Virus record (IMG/VR): IMGVR_UViG_3300006028_000011
Location: 18,239-82,238 of that record
Strand: one strand, 5' to 3'
From: a virus
Length of the DNA: 64,000 nt
Shown here: positions 55,601-63,998 of the stretch, piece after piece
Position numbering within the stretch: position 1 is the first letter of the stretch
Layout: every line of letters starts with the position of its first letter
The notes under the pieces: generated by a model
Databases searched by the model: none
What the model was told of the DNA's origin: nothing
The model's input: the letters and a program-made list of their open reading frames with translations, nothing else
Position numbers and translations under genes: made by a program

Positions 55601-55837
55601 GTTGAAGTCGGAGGCCGCCTTCACCGCGCCGACGCCGATGGCGACGGAGGCCGCGACGACCGCCGTCAGGGCGATGGCCGCCGCGGCCCCGGCGGCGCCG
55701 ATCTTGCCCCACATGCCGGCCTGCGCCTCGCCTTCGGTCTTCATGCGACCCGTCAGGGCGCCGATCGAGTCCCCGATCTTCTCGGCGATCTGCGTGATGA
55801 AGTCGTAGGCCGTGAACTTCAGGGCGAGCTCTTCGAT
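52628..55837 (-). CDS. Tail tape measure protein (TP901-type core); first ATG at 55744, frame open to about 55849
   Basis: AASDFNSQM, GIGPDQLAEGLY, ASADEAATRLK; Ala-rich Trp-periodic repeats; C-terminal FAGGGIV.RPT..MVGEAGPE. Confidence 0.92.
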   Translation of the reverse strand: MEELALKFTAYDFITQIAEKIGDSIGALTGRMKTEGEAQAGMWGKIGAAGAAAAIALTAVVAASVAIGVGAVKAASDFNSQMMLVRTQAHDTSDDIAWLGQQVLALAPTVGIGPDQLAEGLYHVTSVGYRGAEAISILKVAADGAKVGMANLDDTAYALTSTMNTFGLKGAQAQATMATLNAIVGAGDMKFQSLNAAISTGFLAAGETFGVSIQSMGAALAYLTDRGASADEAATRLKMSITLLGAPTKAAAGIMKDLGLTQSEVGQRTSAMEEALRKSGVTTTQLSADLRRPDGIQVALQDLVNHMQKAGLSADETAAVLSRAFGGGRSGAAIMSMVQHLDTLKSKFDMINEGQARFGSDVSDTMSTLNSRVDQVRAGFEAWRVELGEKLMPIANVVLGMVANAMPGIESTANRVADAITNIVTRTAQGAQGAGVAGGATGFLMALGMDSGTASTIGAQLAQIVQTVQQAASQIGPALKSIGSSMSTDFVPALKIAGPIVLDLAQGLSSTLGPALQLVSDHSNILVPLVTALAIGFGALKAIELAQTIGVWATNFATVATNIGKTEAVMSALGVTTGMQDALGWAKGFGQGALDAAGNFASMSKAAVVEGGKTAAAWVASAGRSAAAWVTTAASATTSFVATTVAAGIESTKTAVAWLAAQAKIAAGWVATQAKAAASYVATVAEANPNSVAAVLVWLGAQIKIAAGWVAAELAAMASYARTAAAAGVAAAQTAASWVAARAAAVASFVATAVAAGVQAVRSAAVWIAAQVSMKAGWALSSAAAIGSFVATAAAAAAQAALSAASWLAAALALGVVRVATLAWMAAQWLLDAALNANPISLVIIGIALLVVGIVVLITHWKQVVQWLSLVWDWIKKAAASISDFIDKHRVLALAIGLLGGPITMTIGLVALLITHWNQVASAANEVWHALQGFGSWLSGTFGPIIQRIADLVGGAADKLNGFVSAAKSVPGVAGLAHAAGVPGFAGGGIVTRPTLAMVGEAGPELIVPLSTVNQGAGAVSLAPAYPSSGSGSGPTVELHTHIQLGNEEFAELVQRIQDGRLSGLMAAT

Positions 55838-55891
55838 GCTGCCTACCTCTCAACGAGCCGCTGGCCGGCCCGGCGGGTTCTACTGAGCGAG

Positions 55892-56260
55892 ATGAAGCAC
55901 CGCACGGGCACCGTCGAACTCACCGGCGACGAGTTGGTGATCCGGATCGCCGGCACGCGCAACGTCGAGGGCCGCGAGGAGCCGTGGACGCGGGAGTTCC
56001 GCGTTCCGCTCGAGGAGGCGTCCATCGAGCGCGGGTCGTGGGGTCAGCTCACCGTCTATCGCGGCGAGGAGGCCGTGCAGCTTCTGGAGGGCTGCGGGCG
56101 CCGCGACGTCTCAGCCTTCGAGAACCAGCTCGCCGATGCGCAGGACGCCATCCGCCGACGCGGTCCACTGGGAGCCGTCGCCGCCTGCGCCCGCTGCGGC
56201 GCGCCTGGCCAGGCGCAGGGCCGGCCCTGCGCCTACTGCGCGGTCACGGTCGGCGCGTAG
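55892..56260 (+). CDS. Moron-like inverted gene with C-terminal Zn ribbon
   Basis: 122 aa; CARCG...CAYC; opposite strand between the tail chaperone and TMP. Confidence 0.6.
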   Translation: MKHRTGTVELTGDELVIRIAGTRNVEGREEPWTREFRVPLEEASIERGSWGQLTVYRGEEAVQLLEGCGRRDVSAFENQLADAQDAIRRRGPLGAVAACARCGAPGQAQGRPCAYCAVTVGA

Positions 56261-56935
56261 CTGCGGCCCGCTGCCGCCGCTCGGCCTCGGTCTCCTGACG
56301 CTTGGCGTCCCATGCCTCGTAGGCGGCCATCAGCCGCCAGGCCTGCGGCCGCTCCAGGAACTCGCGTTCGTAGAAGTCGAAGGGATCTCTCCCGTGGCGC
56401 GAGCACCAGCTCAGGATCCAGACCAGCATCGCCGCGCCCGGAAAGCTGGCGACCCGCCGGCCGTTCGACCCGAACTCCGATCGGAGGCTCAGGTCAAAGA
56501 CGAGAAAGGGTCGTACTGCCGCTCGGGCACCTCGTACTTGCTGAGCTCGTTGATCGTCGTCTGGAGCTTGGTGAGCACGCCCGGGAGCATCCCGAGGATG
56601 CGCGGGTCCTCGGGGAGGACCGAGCGGCCGTACGCCTTCGATAGGCTCAGGGCGACGTACGACCGGCGGTAGGCCATGATGTCGGTCTTCTGCTCTCGGG
56701 GGTTGCGCGGGTCGGGGCGCCGGGCCTGGCGGAGGAGCTTGTTCTCCTCGCCCTCGGTGATCGGCGCCACCTTGATCCGCTTGCCCTCGATGACGACCTC
56801 GCCGAACTCCTTGGCCGCAGCGGCCTGCTCGGTGAGCCACTCGTCGATGTCGACGTCGTCGGCCGGCCGAACGTCGGCCTGGGCCTCCAGGGCCTGCAGG
56901 TCCTCGACGCTCAGCGACTCACCGGGGCGCTGCAT
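56244..56935 (-). CDS. Tail assembly chaperone (short form 56489-56935) with -1 frameshift extension to 56244
   Basis: Slippery C CCT TTC at 56504-56510; the -1 frame is open (PFLVFDL...) until 56244. Confidence 0.8.
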
Positions 56936-57218
56936 GCCCGTCCTCCCTGGCCGAGGCCAGTGACATCGTGAGGATCGCCAGCAGCGCGCGCTCCTCGCCG
57001 TTGATGAGGTCGAGCGCCTTCTTCCGGGCGCGCTCGAACTGGCGGTCGGTGCCGCAGACCCACTCCAGGATCTCCAGCATCCGCGCCTGGTATTCCCAGT
57101 GGCAGCCCATCACCTGCTGGCGCAGCTGCCTCACGAGGACGGGCGACGTGTCCTTGACCTCGTACTCGACGTACGAGGGGGCCGCCGCCCCGCCTCGCGG
57201 TTCCGTTGCCTTGACCAT
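56919..57218 (-). CDS. Hypothetical protein between tail tube and chaperone
   Basis: 99 aa with AGGAG SD. Confidence 0.5.
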   Translation of the reverse strand: MVKATEPRGGAAAPSYVEYEVKDTSPVLVRQLRQQVMGCHWEYQARMLEILEWVCGTDRQFERARKKALDLINGEERALLAILTMSLASAREDGHAAPR

Positions 57219-57262
57219 TCCTGCTCCTGTACGCATGACGAGTCGGGGCTCGACCTACGCCG

Positions 57263-57739
57263 CTACGCCGAGTTCCAGATGAGGTCCTCGGCCTTCCACG
57301 GGATCGTCTCCTCGACGAACTTGTCGGGGCTCATGGAGAGCCCGTCCTTCTCCAGGCTCACGTTGACGAACGTGATGTTGTAGCCGGAGGGGTTCGTGCT
57401 GGCGATCCGGATGTTGTAGCGGATGGTCGGCAGCGAGCTGTGGTAGACGGAAGACGCGCTGCCCACAGACGACACCGGGGATGCCGTCATGACCATGGAG
57501 TGCACGGCACCGTTGATCCAGTAGGACTTGATGGTGCCGCTGACCTTGAGCTGACCCTTGCGGTACCCGATGCGCCTGCTCCCGAGGACGGGCAGCGCCG
57601 CGAGCATGTCGTCGAGCTCGAAGGTCAGGTCGTAGATCTCGCCCACGTTGACGTAGAGGCCCTGCGGGCCGATGGCCTGCAGGTTCATCTCCGTCCCGAA
57701 GCTCACCGCCTCGGGCTGGAGGGAGTTCAGCGAGGGCAC
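57263..57739 (-). CDS. Tail tube protein (XkdM-like)
   Basis: VLGSRRIGYRKGQLKVSGTIKSYWING; C-terminal VEETIPWKAED. Confidence 0.7.
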   Translation of the reverse strand: MPSLNSLQPEAVSFGTEMNLQAIGPQGLYVNVGEIYDLTFELDDMLAALPVLGSRRIGYRKGQLKVSGTIKSYWINGAVHSMVMTASPVSSVGSASSVYHSSLPTIRYNIRIASTNPSGYNITFVNVSLEKDGLSMSPDKFVEETIPWKAEDLIWNSA

Positions 57740-57802
57740 TCAGACCTCCTCTCGGAGTGGGATGTGACGCTCGATGCCGGCGCGCCCGACGATCGACCCT
57801 GG

Positions 57803-58315
57803 CTAGGAGTCGTAGGTCAGAAGCGCATGGCCGGTCAGCGACACGTCGTAGCGCCACAGCTGCGGCCGGTCCTGGAGGACGCCGTGGCTGGCGGACGCCC
57901 TCAGCTGCCGGTAGGCGGTCAGCGACACCTGGTGGAGGAATGCCCATCCGATGACCAGGCCGCCCAGTAGCTCCGCGGTGTCTGCCCCACCGAGGAGTTG
58001 GTCGGCCCAGCATCCCACCAGGAAGGTCGCGTCGACCCGCGTGGCGCGGCGGGTCATACCCACCGGGGCCCCGACGTCCGAGACGTTCCCGAGGCTCCGG
58101 TAGGTGTCCGTCACGTCGACGTCGACGACGGAGACGATCGGGCGGGTCATCTGCCCGTCGGTCTCGCCGAGCATGTTGTCGATCAGGTCGTACGGCCAGC
58201 CGCGGACGATGGTCACCGCCTTGGCGCCGGCGTACCCGGCGGGGAAGGCGGACGAGAAGTCGAACGCGTACAGGCTGTCCATGACCTGCGTCCGGATCTC
58301 GTCGACGATCGCCAT
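57803..58315 (-). CDS. Tail terminator-like protein
   Basis: Position before the tube gene; size and RPIVSV motif. Confidence 0.5.
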   Translation of the reverse strand: MAIVDEIRTQVMDSLYAFDFSSAFPAGYAGAKAVTIVRGWPYDLIDNMLGETDGQMTRPIVSVVDVDVTDTYRSLGNVSDVGAPVGMTRRATRVDATFLVGCWADQLLGGADTAELLGGLVIGWAFLHQVSLTAYRQLRASASHGVLQDRPQLWRYDVSLTGHALLTYDS

Positions 58316-58803
58316 CAGGCGAGCGTCAGCTCCTGGTGGAGCTGGCGCAGCGCCGTCCGACCCTGGCGCTCGTACCGCACCCGCATGACGGCGCCGGTGG
58401 CCGTCCAGAAGGGCCGCGGGTAGTACCGGATGTCCGTGCGCCCCCGGTTCAGCACGGCCGGGTAGTAGAACCCGTTCCGGTTCGCGACGGCCTGGTCGAC
58501 GTGGATCGTGCCGGTGGCGCCCGACGTCGGCGACCAGGTCACCGAGCCCTTCTTGGAGACGGCCGCCCGGGTGTTGCCGGTCCGTACGTACCCCGACGCC
58601 GAGATCGGCGCCTTGTACACCAGCGTGTCGAGCTGGTGGCGCGCCTCCTGTATGCCCTGCTGGATCGCCCAGGCGATCAGCCCACGCTGGACGAGCCCGA
58701 CCTTCTCGGCCGCGTTCTTGTAGCGGTTGACGACCTTGGCCCACGCCTTCTCGTCGAACGAGATCCCGGCCCGGCCGCCGCCCTGGGCGAGGGTGAGCGC
58801 CAT
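58315..58803 (-). CDS. HK97 gp10-like neck/tail-completion protein
   Basis: YVRTGNTR, YYPAVLNRG, YPRPFW. Confidence 0.65.
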   Translation of the reverse strand: MALTLAQGGGRAGISFDEKAWAKVVNRYKNAAEKVGLVQRGLIAWAIQQGIQEARHQLDTLVYKAPISASGYVRTGNTRAAVSKKGSVTWSPTSGATGTIHVDQAVANRNGFYYPAVLNRGRTDIRYYPRPFWTATGAVMRVRYERQGRTALRQLHQELTLA

Positions 58804-58808
58804 CCGGC

Positions 58809-59261
58809 CTACCTCAGCTTCACGAGGTTGAACGACCAGAGCGAGTCGTCCGGAGTCAGGACCGGGTTCTCGACCCTGTACTTCACGTTCCCGGGGTCGA
58901 TGAGGACGTCGTCGTGCGCGATCGCGATGGCGTTCCCGGTGTCGTCGATCACCGGGCACTGGGCACGCATCATCGGCATGCTCTGGCGGCCGATGTCGGT
59001 GGTCGAGCCCATCGCTCCGCCGCCGCGCTGCACCAGCGGCTCCGAGACCATCCAGACCTTCGTCGAGGAGACGACGAGGTCCGCGGTTGCCGGCCCGGGC
59101 CCGGCGTAGAGCACGTTCCCGGTCGAGGAGGGCGTCGACAGCGTCCCCTGGAGGACGCGGTGCTCCAGGGTGGACTGCCCGATCGGACCGAGGCCGGGGA
59201 TGCCGCCGAGGCACAGGCGACGGTGGAACTGGTACTCCGCGACCTGGGCTGCGGTGGCCAT
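58809..59261 (-). CDS. Head-closure/stopper-like protein
   Basis: Position; C-terminal DDVL...KYRVEN. Confidence 0.5.
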   Translation of the reverse strand: MATAAQVAEYQFHRRLCLGGIPGLGPIGQSTLEHRVLQGTLSTPSSTGNVLYAGPGPATADLVVSSTKVWMVSEPLVQRGGGAMGSTTDIGRQSMPMMRAQCPVIDDTGNAIAIAHDDVLIDPGNVKYRVENPVLTPDDSLWSFNLVKLR

Positions 59262-60079
59262 CAGAAGGTGTGCGCGACGACCGGGAGCGCGGCTCCCAGC
59301 TCCTGGTACACCGAGCTGCGGATCCGCTCGATCTTGCGCTCCAGGGCCTGCGGGCTGGCCGTCCCGCGCAGGATGCCGGCCGACGTCGAGGTCGCCTTCG
59401 CGTAGCGGTCCGACTCCTGCTCCAGCACCAGGCAGTAGAGCAGGCGCGCGAACTGGCGCTTCCGGTCCTCGGGCACCCGGGAGTACACGGCGTCGTTCAG
59501 CAGGCTCGCGGTGGCCACGTGGATGGTCTGGTAGCGGACGTAGATCGGCGTCCCGCCGGTGGTCGGGATGGGGTAGAGGTCGATCGCGACCGCTCCGGAG
59601 GCCGGATCGCGCGCCAGGCCGTAGAAGCCGCGGCCGTAGTGGTCGAGCTCCGAGAGGTACTCGTCGCGCAGGATGCGCTCGGAGGGGCTGTCGAGCAGGG
59701 AGGGGGTGAAGAGGAAGCGGTTCAGCGGCGAGAACGGGAGCAGGGCGAGGTAGCTGATCTCGCTCGCGGCGCTGAAGGCGTTGGTCGCCTGGTACAGGAC
59801 GTCGGTGATCCGGGCCACGGGGGAGGCGAAGCCGTTCCCCGCGTTGCAGACGTACCGCTGCTGGTTCGCCACCGTCAGGAAGCCCGAGGTCTGGGTGACC
59901 GGGTTACCGACCTGGATGTCGAGCGGGACCCAGCGCGAGAAGTCCTGGGCGACGTCCTCGGCGTAGGCGCCGTACGACTCGTCCGGGACGATGAACGGCG
60001 TGTAGAGGTCCTCGGTGAGGGCGCGGCAGTACCGGACCGCGTCCCACTCCGTGGTCCCGAGTTGGATCTGGTAGGGCAT
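59261..60079 (-). CDS. Head-tail adaptor-like protein
   Basis: Position; LYPIP..G..IYVRY motif. Confidence 0.55.
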   Translation of the reverse strand: MPYQIQLGTTEWDAVRYCRALTEDLYTPFIVPDESYGAYAEDVAQDFSRWVPLDIQVGNPVTQTSGFLTVANQQRYVCNAGNGFASPVARITDVLYQATNAFSAASEISYLALLPFSPLNRFLFTPSLLDSPSERILRDEYLSELDHYGRGFYGLARDPASGAVAIDLYPIPTTGGTPIYVRYQTIHVATASLLNDAVYSRVPEDRKRQFARLLYCLVLEQESDRYAKATSTSAGILRGTASPQALERKIERIRSSVYQELGAALPVVAHTF

Positions 60080-60088
60080 CAGCTCACC

Positions 60089-60592
60089 TCAGATGGACTG
60101 GAGCCAGGCCAGCCAGTCCACCTGGCGAAGGTCGATCGGCCAGGCACCCATGCCGTCGGCGATGCCCGCGCCGACCTCGAACCGCCCGAAGTCGTGCCAG
60201 GCCAGCCAGCCCCCGGGGGCGACCAGCCGCCGCGCCAGGTCCGTGTCCCGCGCGACCGAGACCCGGTCGTGCTCGCCGTCGATGAAGACGCCGTCGAAGG
60301 CCATGTCGCGGAACAGCGGCAGCACGTCCTCGAAGCGGCCCACGTGAGTGACGACGTTCGGCGCGCCGTGCCGGCGCAGGTTCGTGAAGTACGCCTCCAG
60401 GCTGTTCATGTGGCCAGCCATGGAGTCGCCCTGATGCCAGTCGACGGAGTGGACCCGCGTGGCCACCTGCGCGAGCGCGATGGTGCTGTAGCCGAAGTGG
60501 GCGCCCAGCTCGAGGACGGTCCCGCCGCGCGCCAGCTTCTGCAGCTGCGCCGTCTCGGGCGCCGTGAGCGCCGTCGGGATGCCGGTGATCAC
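60089..60592 (-). CDS. Class I SAM methyltransferase (Methyltransf_24-like)
   Basis: VLELGAHFGYST, VFIDGEH, PGGWLAWHD. Confidence 0.85.
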   Translation of the reverse strand: MITGIPTALTAPETAQLQKLARGGTVLELGAHFGYSTIALAQVATRVHSVDWHQGDSMAGHMNSLEAYFTNLRRHGAPNVVTHVGRFEDVLPLFRDMAFDGVFIDGEHDRVSVARDTDLARRLVAPGGWLAWHDFGRFEVGAGIADGMGAWPIDLRQVDWLAWLQSI

Positions 60593-61353
60593 GACGGGAA
60601 GGCCTCCGCGTACGCCTCGCGCACTGCCCGTGGGATCGGGCCCTTGCCCTTCCAGCCGTTCTGCCGCGCCCACTCGTTGAGTGCCGGGGCGTCCGCACCG
60701 GCAGCCGCTGGATCTCGGGTCCGCAGGAACAGGACGTCGTCGTGCGGCTCGATCGGCGTCTGCCGGTCGAAGCCCTGGGCGGCGAGCCAGTCGATGACCT
60801 CCCTGGCGGGCGGCTCGCCGTCGTACATCGGCCGCTCGGAGCATTCGATGCAGAGGTGGCGGAACCCGTCGAGACATCTACCCATGCCGCGGAGCACCTC
60901 GAGCTCCATGCCCTGGACGTCGATGACGAGGACGTCGAACGGGGAGAGGTCGATGCAGGTCTCCGCAGCCCAAGAGTCGAAGCGCCGGAGCGGCGCCGCG
61001 ATCGAGGATCCGTGCGGGACCCGGGTCCACTCGTGCCCGTCGCCGTCGGTCGGGATCGGCACGTACTTCGAGGCGTGCTCCGTCTCGCCGTCCTCGGGCA
61101 CCTGGAGCACCAGCTCGCCATCCTCGGCACCGAGGGCCGCGTTCACGCAGATGACGCCGTGGGCGTCGCCGTACTCGCGCTGGAGCGCGGCGAAGGGTTC
61201 CGGGTGCGGCTCGAAGGCGAGGATCGGCCGGTGGTTCCGGTGCAGGTACCAGGCGATCTCGGCGCCATCGTTGGCGCCGACGTGGACGACGCCGCGCAGC
61301 GCGTGACCCTCGTCGGAGAACCAGGCGATCTTGGCCCGCACGACCGGGTGCAT
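60589..61353 (-). CDS. FkbM-family methyltransferase with C-terminal Lsr2-like DNA-binding tail
   Basis: HVGANDG.E, FEP, IDVQGMELEVLRG; C-terminus NEWARQNGWKGKGPIPRAVREAY. Confidence 0.8.
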   Translation of the reverse strand: MHPVVRAKIAWFSDEGHALRGVVHVGANDGAEIAWYLHRNHRPILAFEPHPEPFAALQREYGDAHGVICVNAALGAEDGELVLQVPEDGETEHASKYVPIPTDGDGHEWTRVPHGSSIAAPLRRFDSWAAETCIDLSPFDVLVIDVQGMELEVLRGMGRCLDGFRHLCIECSERPMYDGEPPAREVIDWLAAQGFDRQTPIEPHDDVLFLRTRDPAAAGADAPALNEWARQNGWKGKGPIPRAVREAYAEAFPS

Positions 61354-61558
61354 CAGGCCCTCGCCGAGCCGAGCGTGGGCAGCGGGCCGCGCGGGCGCGG
61401 GCGTTCCTCGGCCGCCAGTGGCGTCCCCGTCGCAACCGCCTCGACGCGCCCCAGACAGACGGCGCAGTAGAACACGTCCACGATCACGTCCTCCTCGCGA
61501 CGCTCCTGGCGCAGGAACAGGAAGAGCGGCTGATGGTCGCTCGGGTGCTGCTCGGGTC

Positions 61559-62407
61559 CTATGGCCGGCTCGAGCGCCACCAGGCGGCCTCCGCGGGGGA
61601 CTGGCCGACGAACACCGGGAGCCGGTCCCGCCACTTCTCGTAGAAGCGCTCGTGGGCCATGCGGTGAACCCCAGGGTCGCCACCCAGGTGCGCGAACGCC
61701 TCGTTGTAGCGCGGGAAGTTCGCCGTCTGCCCGCTCAGGTGTCGTGCTCGGACCGGGAGCACGTAGTTGACCCGACCGGCCGCCAGGGCGGTCAGGCAGA
61801 TGTCGTTGTCGTACATGTGGTGCGCCCCGAGCGACTCGTCGAGGGCGCCCCAGGCCAGCAGGTCGGCCCGGCGCGCGCAGATCGCCATCCCGTCGACGAC
61901 CGCCACCTGCAGCGGCCGCTCGGCGTGCTTGCCGTGGTGCGACCAGTCCTCCAGGTTCGACCAGCAATGCCAGCGGGCGAGCTGCTCCAGCCGGTAGGGC
62001 GTCCGGTAGATGTCCATGGCGCCGAGGCCCTGTGCGCCGTGGAAGCCCGCCACGCCGGCCTCCGGGTGGCCGGCGAAGAACTCCAGCAGGCGGCCGTCCC
62101 AGCCCTGCTCGCGGACCATCAGGTCGTTGTGGAGGAGGGCGACGACGTCGCCGCTTGCGTAGCGCAGCCCCACGTTGAACGCCGCCGTCGAGCCGAGCGG
62201 CTCCGGGCACGCCCAGGCGGTCCAGCGCCAGCCCCCCGCCGTCCACCGCCGCTCGGCCGCCGCCAGCCGGTCGTGCTCCTCGGCCGTCTCGGCCTGGGAG
62301 ACGACGACCACCTCATGCGCCTGCGCGCAGCGGCCGAGCGTCTCGCCGAGGAACTGCTCGGTGACCTCGATCGCGCCGCAGGCGGCCGTGACGATCGAGA
62401 GACTCAC
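61559..62407 (-). CDS. Glycosyltransferase family 2
   Basis: AFNVGLRYASGDVVALLHND, VVDG, HHMYDND. Confidence 0.85.
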   Translation of the reverse strand: MSLSIVTAACGAIEVTEQFLGETLGRCAQAHEVVVVSQAETAEEHDRLAAAERRWTAGGWRWTAWACPEPLGSTAAFNVGLRYASGDVVALLHNDLMVREQGWDGRLLEFFAGHPEAGVAGFHGAQGLGAMDIYRTPYRLEQLARWHCWSNLEDWSHHGKHAERPLQVAVVDGMAICARRADLLAWGALDESLGAHHMYDNDICLTALAAGRVNYVLPVRARHLSGQTANFPRYNEAFAHLGGDPGVHRMAHERFYEKWRDRLPVFVGQSPAEAAWWRSSRP

Positions 62408-63120
62408 GCCGCCCGGCCGTTGAACGGCACCGCGAAGGTCTCCCTGCCGATCGGGTTGCGGCCGTCGTCGGGCACGCCCCACTTCCGGCAGTAGTGGCTG
62501 CGGCTGGCCGCGAACCCGCCTCCCTCGACCACGGAGCGCCGCTCGCCGTCGCCGCGGATGGTGCCGCTCCGGTAGTGCCAGTAGGGGGTCACCGCGTAGC
62601 CCTCGTACCCGGCGAGCTGGATGCGCCGGTGCATGTCGTTGTCCTCGAAGTAGGCGGGGTTGAAGCCCTCGTCGAACTTCCCCACGACCTCGAAGAGGCG
62701 CCGGCCGACGCAGAAGCAGGAGAAGTCCGGGCCCGGCTGCCACTGCGGCACCGCGGCGCTCAGGAGCTCGTGGTTGACCTCGTCGGTGTACATGTCGCCG
62801 TGGTTGGCGTGGCGACAGGTGACCAGCAGCGCCTCCGGGCCCGGGCGGAGTGCGGGCTGCTCGTGCTGGTCGACCAGGAGCGCGCGCGCCAGGTTCTCGC
62901 CGGAGTCCGGCCGCAGGACGACGTCGTCGTTCATGACCACGACGGCGTCGTAGCCCTCTCGGTAGAGCAGGCGGTCGATGCCGTAGTTCCAGCCCCGGGA
63001 GAGCGACCAGCCGTGCTGGGAGTTGTCCACCACCAGCAGGCGGGTGCCCCGGGGGAGGGAGTGCACCGTCTCGACCAGGCGCAGGCTGCTCCAGGTCGTG
63101 ACCACGTAGGCGACCCTCAC
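62404..63120 (-). CDS. Glycosyltransferase family 2
   Basis: VVDNS, WNYGI, MNDD, GKFDEGF.PAYFEDND. Confidence 0.85.
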   Translation of the reverse strand: MRVAYVVTTWSSLRLVETVHSLPRGTRLLVVDNSQHGWSLSRGWNYGIDRLLYREGYDAVVVMNDDVVLRPDSGENLARALLVDQHEQPALRPGPEALLVTCRHANHGDMYTDEVNHELLSAAVPQWQPGPDFSCFCVGRRLFEVVGKFDEGFNPAYFEDNDMHRRIQLAGYEGYAVTPYWHYRSGTIRGDGERRSVVEGGGFAASRSHYCRKWGVPDDGRNPIGRETFAVPFNGRAA

Positions 63121-63998
63121 CGCAGCCACTCCGGGTGGTCGACGGTCCAGCGGACCGTACGGCGCAGGCTCTCCTCGAAGTCCATCGGCTGCCGCCAGCC
63201 CGCGGCCGCCAACTTGGCGCCGTCCAGCGCGTAGCGCCGATCGTGGCCTGGTCGCGCATGGCCCTCCGGCACCAGCCGGTAGCGGAGCGGGCGGTCCAGG
63301 ATGCTGGCGACCAGCTGCGCCATCTCGAGGTTGTTGACCTCGCGCTCCCCGACCACGTTCCAGCGGGCGGGCCGGTCCGCCGCCGGATGGAGCGGCGGCT
63401 CGCCATGGAGCAGGAACACGAGCGCCGCGGCCAGGTTCCGCGCGTGCAGGTACATACGGGAGCCGACCTCGTCCTCGGACGCGCCGTAGATCGGCACCTG
63501 GCCTCCGCGGAGCACCTCGCGGATGATGACCGGGACCAGCTTCTCCGGCGTCTGCCGCTCGCCGATCAGGTTCATCGAGTTGACCAGGGTCACGGGGACG
63601 CCGTAGGTCCGCCACCAGGCGATGGCGACCGCCTCCTGCGCCGCCTTGCTCGCGCTGTACGGGTTACTGGGAAGGATCGCCTCCCACTCGCGGTGCGCGT
63701 GACCCGCCGGCGCCGGGCCGTAGACCTCGTCCGTGCTGAACTGGATGAGGTGGCGGGGCCGGGCCTCGCGGGCGAACTCCATGACGCTGAGCGCGACCTC
63801 GACGTTGTTGACGACGAAGGGCCGCGGGGCGGAGATGCTCCGGTCCACGTGGGACTCGGCGGCGAAGTTGACCAGGTAGTCGACCGGGCCGATCTCGGCC
63901 GCCACCCGGGCGCTGATCGGCGCTCCGAGCTCGGTGTGGACCATCCGCAGGCGCGGGTTGTCGACGAGGTGGCGGAGCCGCAGCGGACACCCCTGGTG
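63117..63998 (-). CDS. rfbB: dTDP-glucose 4,6-dehydratase (5' end beyond the window)
   Basis: AAESHVDRSI, STDEVYG, NPYSASKAA, RPGHDRRYALD. Confidence 0.88.
   Translation of the reverse strand, partial: HQGCPLRLRHLVDNPRLRMVHTELGAPISARVAAEIGPVDYLVNFAAESHVDRSISAPRPFVVNNVEVALSVMEFAREARPRHLIQFSTDEVYGPAPAGHAHREWEAILPSNPYSASKAAQEAVAIAWWRTYGVPVTLVNSMNLIGERQTPEKLVPVIIREVLRGGQVPIYGASEDEVGSRMYLHARNLAAALVFLLHGEPPLHPAADRPARWNVVGEREVNNLEMAQLVASILDRPLRYRLVPEGHARPGHDRRYALDGAKLAAAGWRQPMDFEESLRRTVRWTVDHPEWLR

Noticed and set aside
52712-55853. Very long alternative-frame ORFs (1182 aa on plus; N-terminal part of the 1563-aa ORF)
   Set aside because: Shadow frames of the tape measure gene caused by high GC and few stop codons
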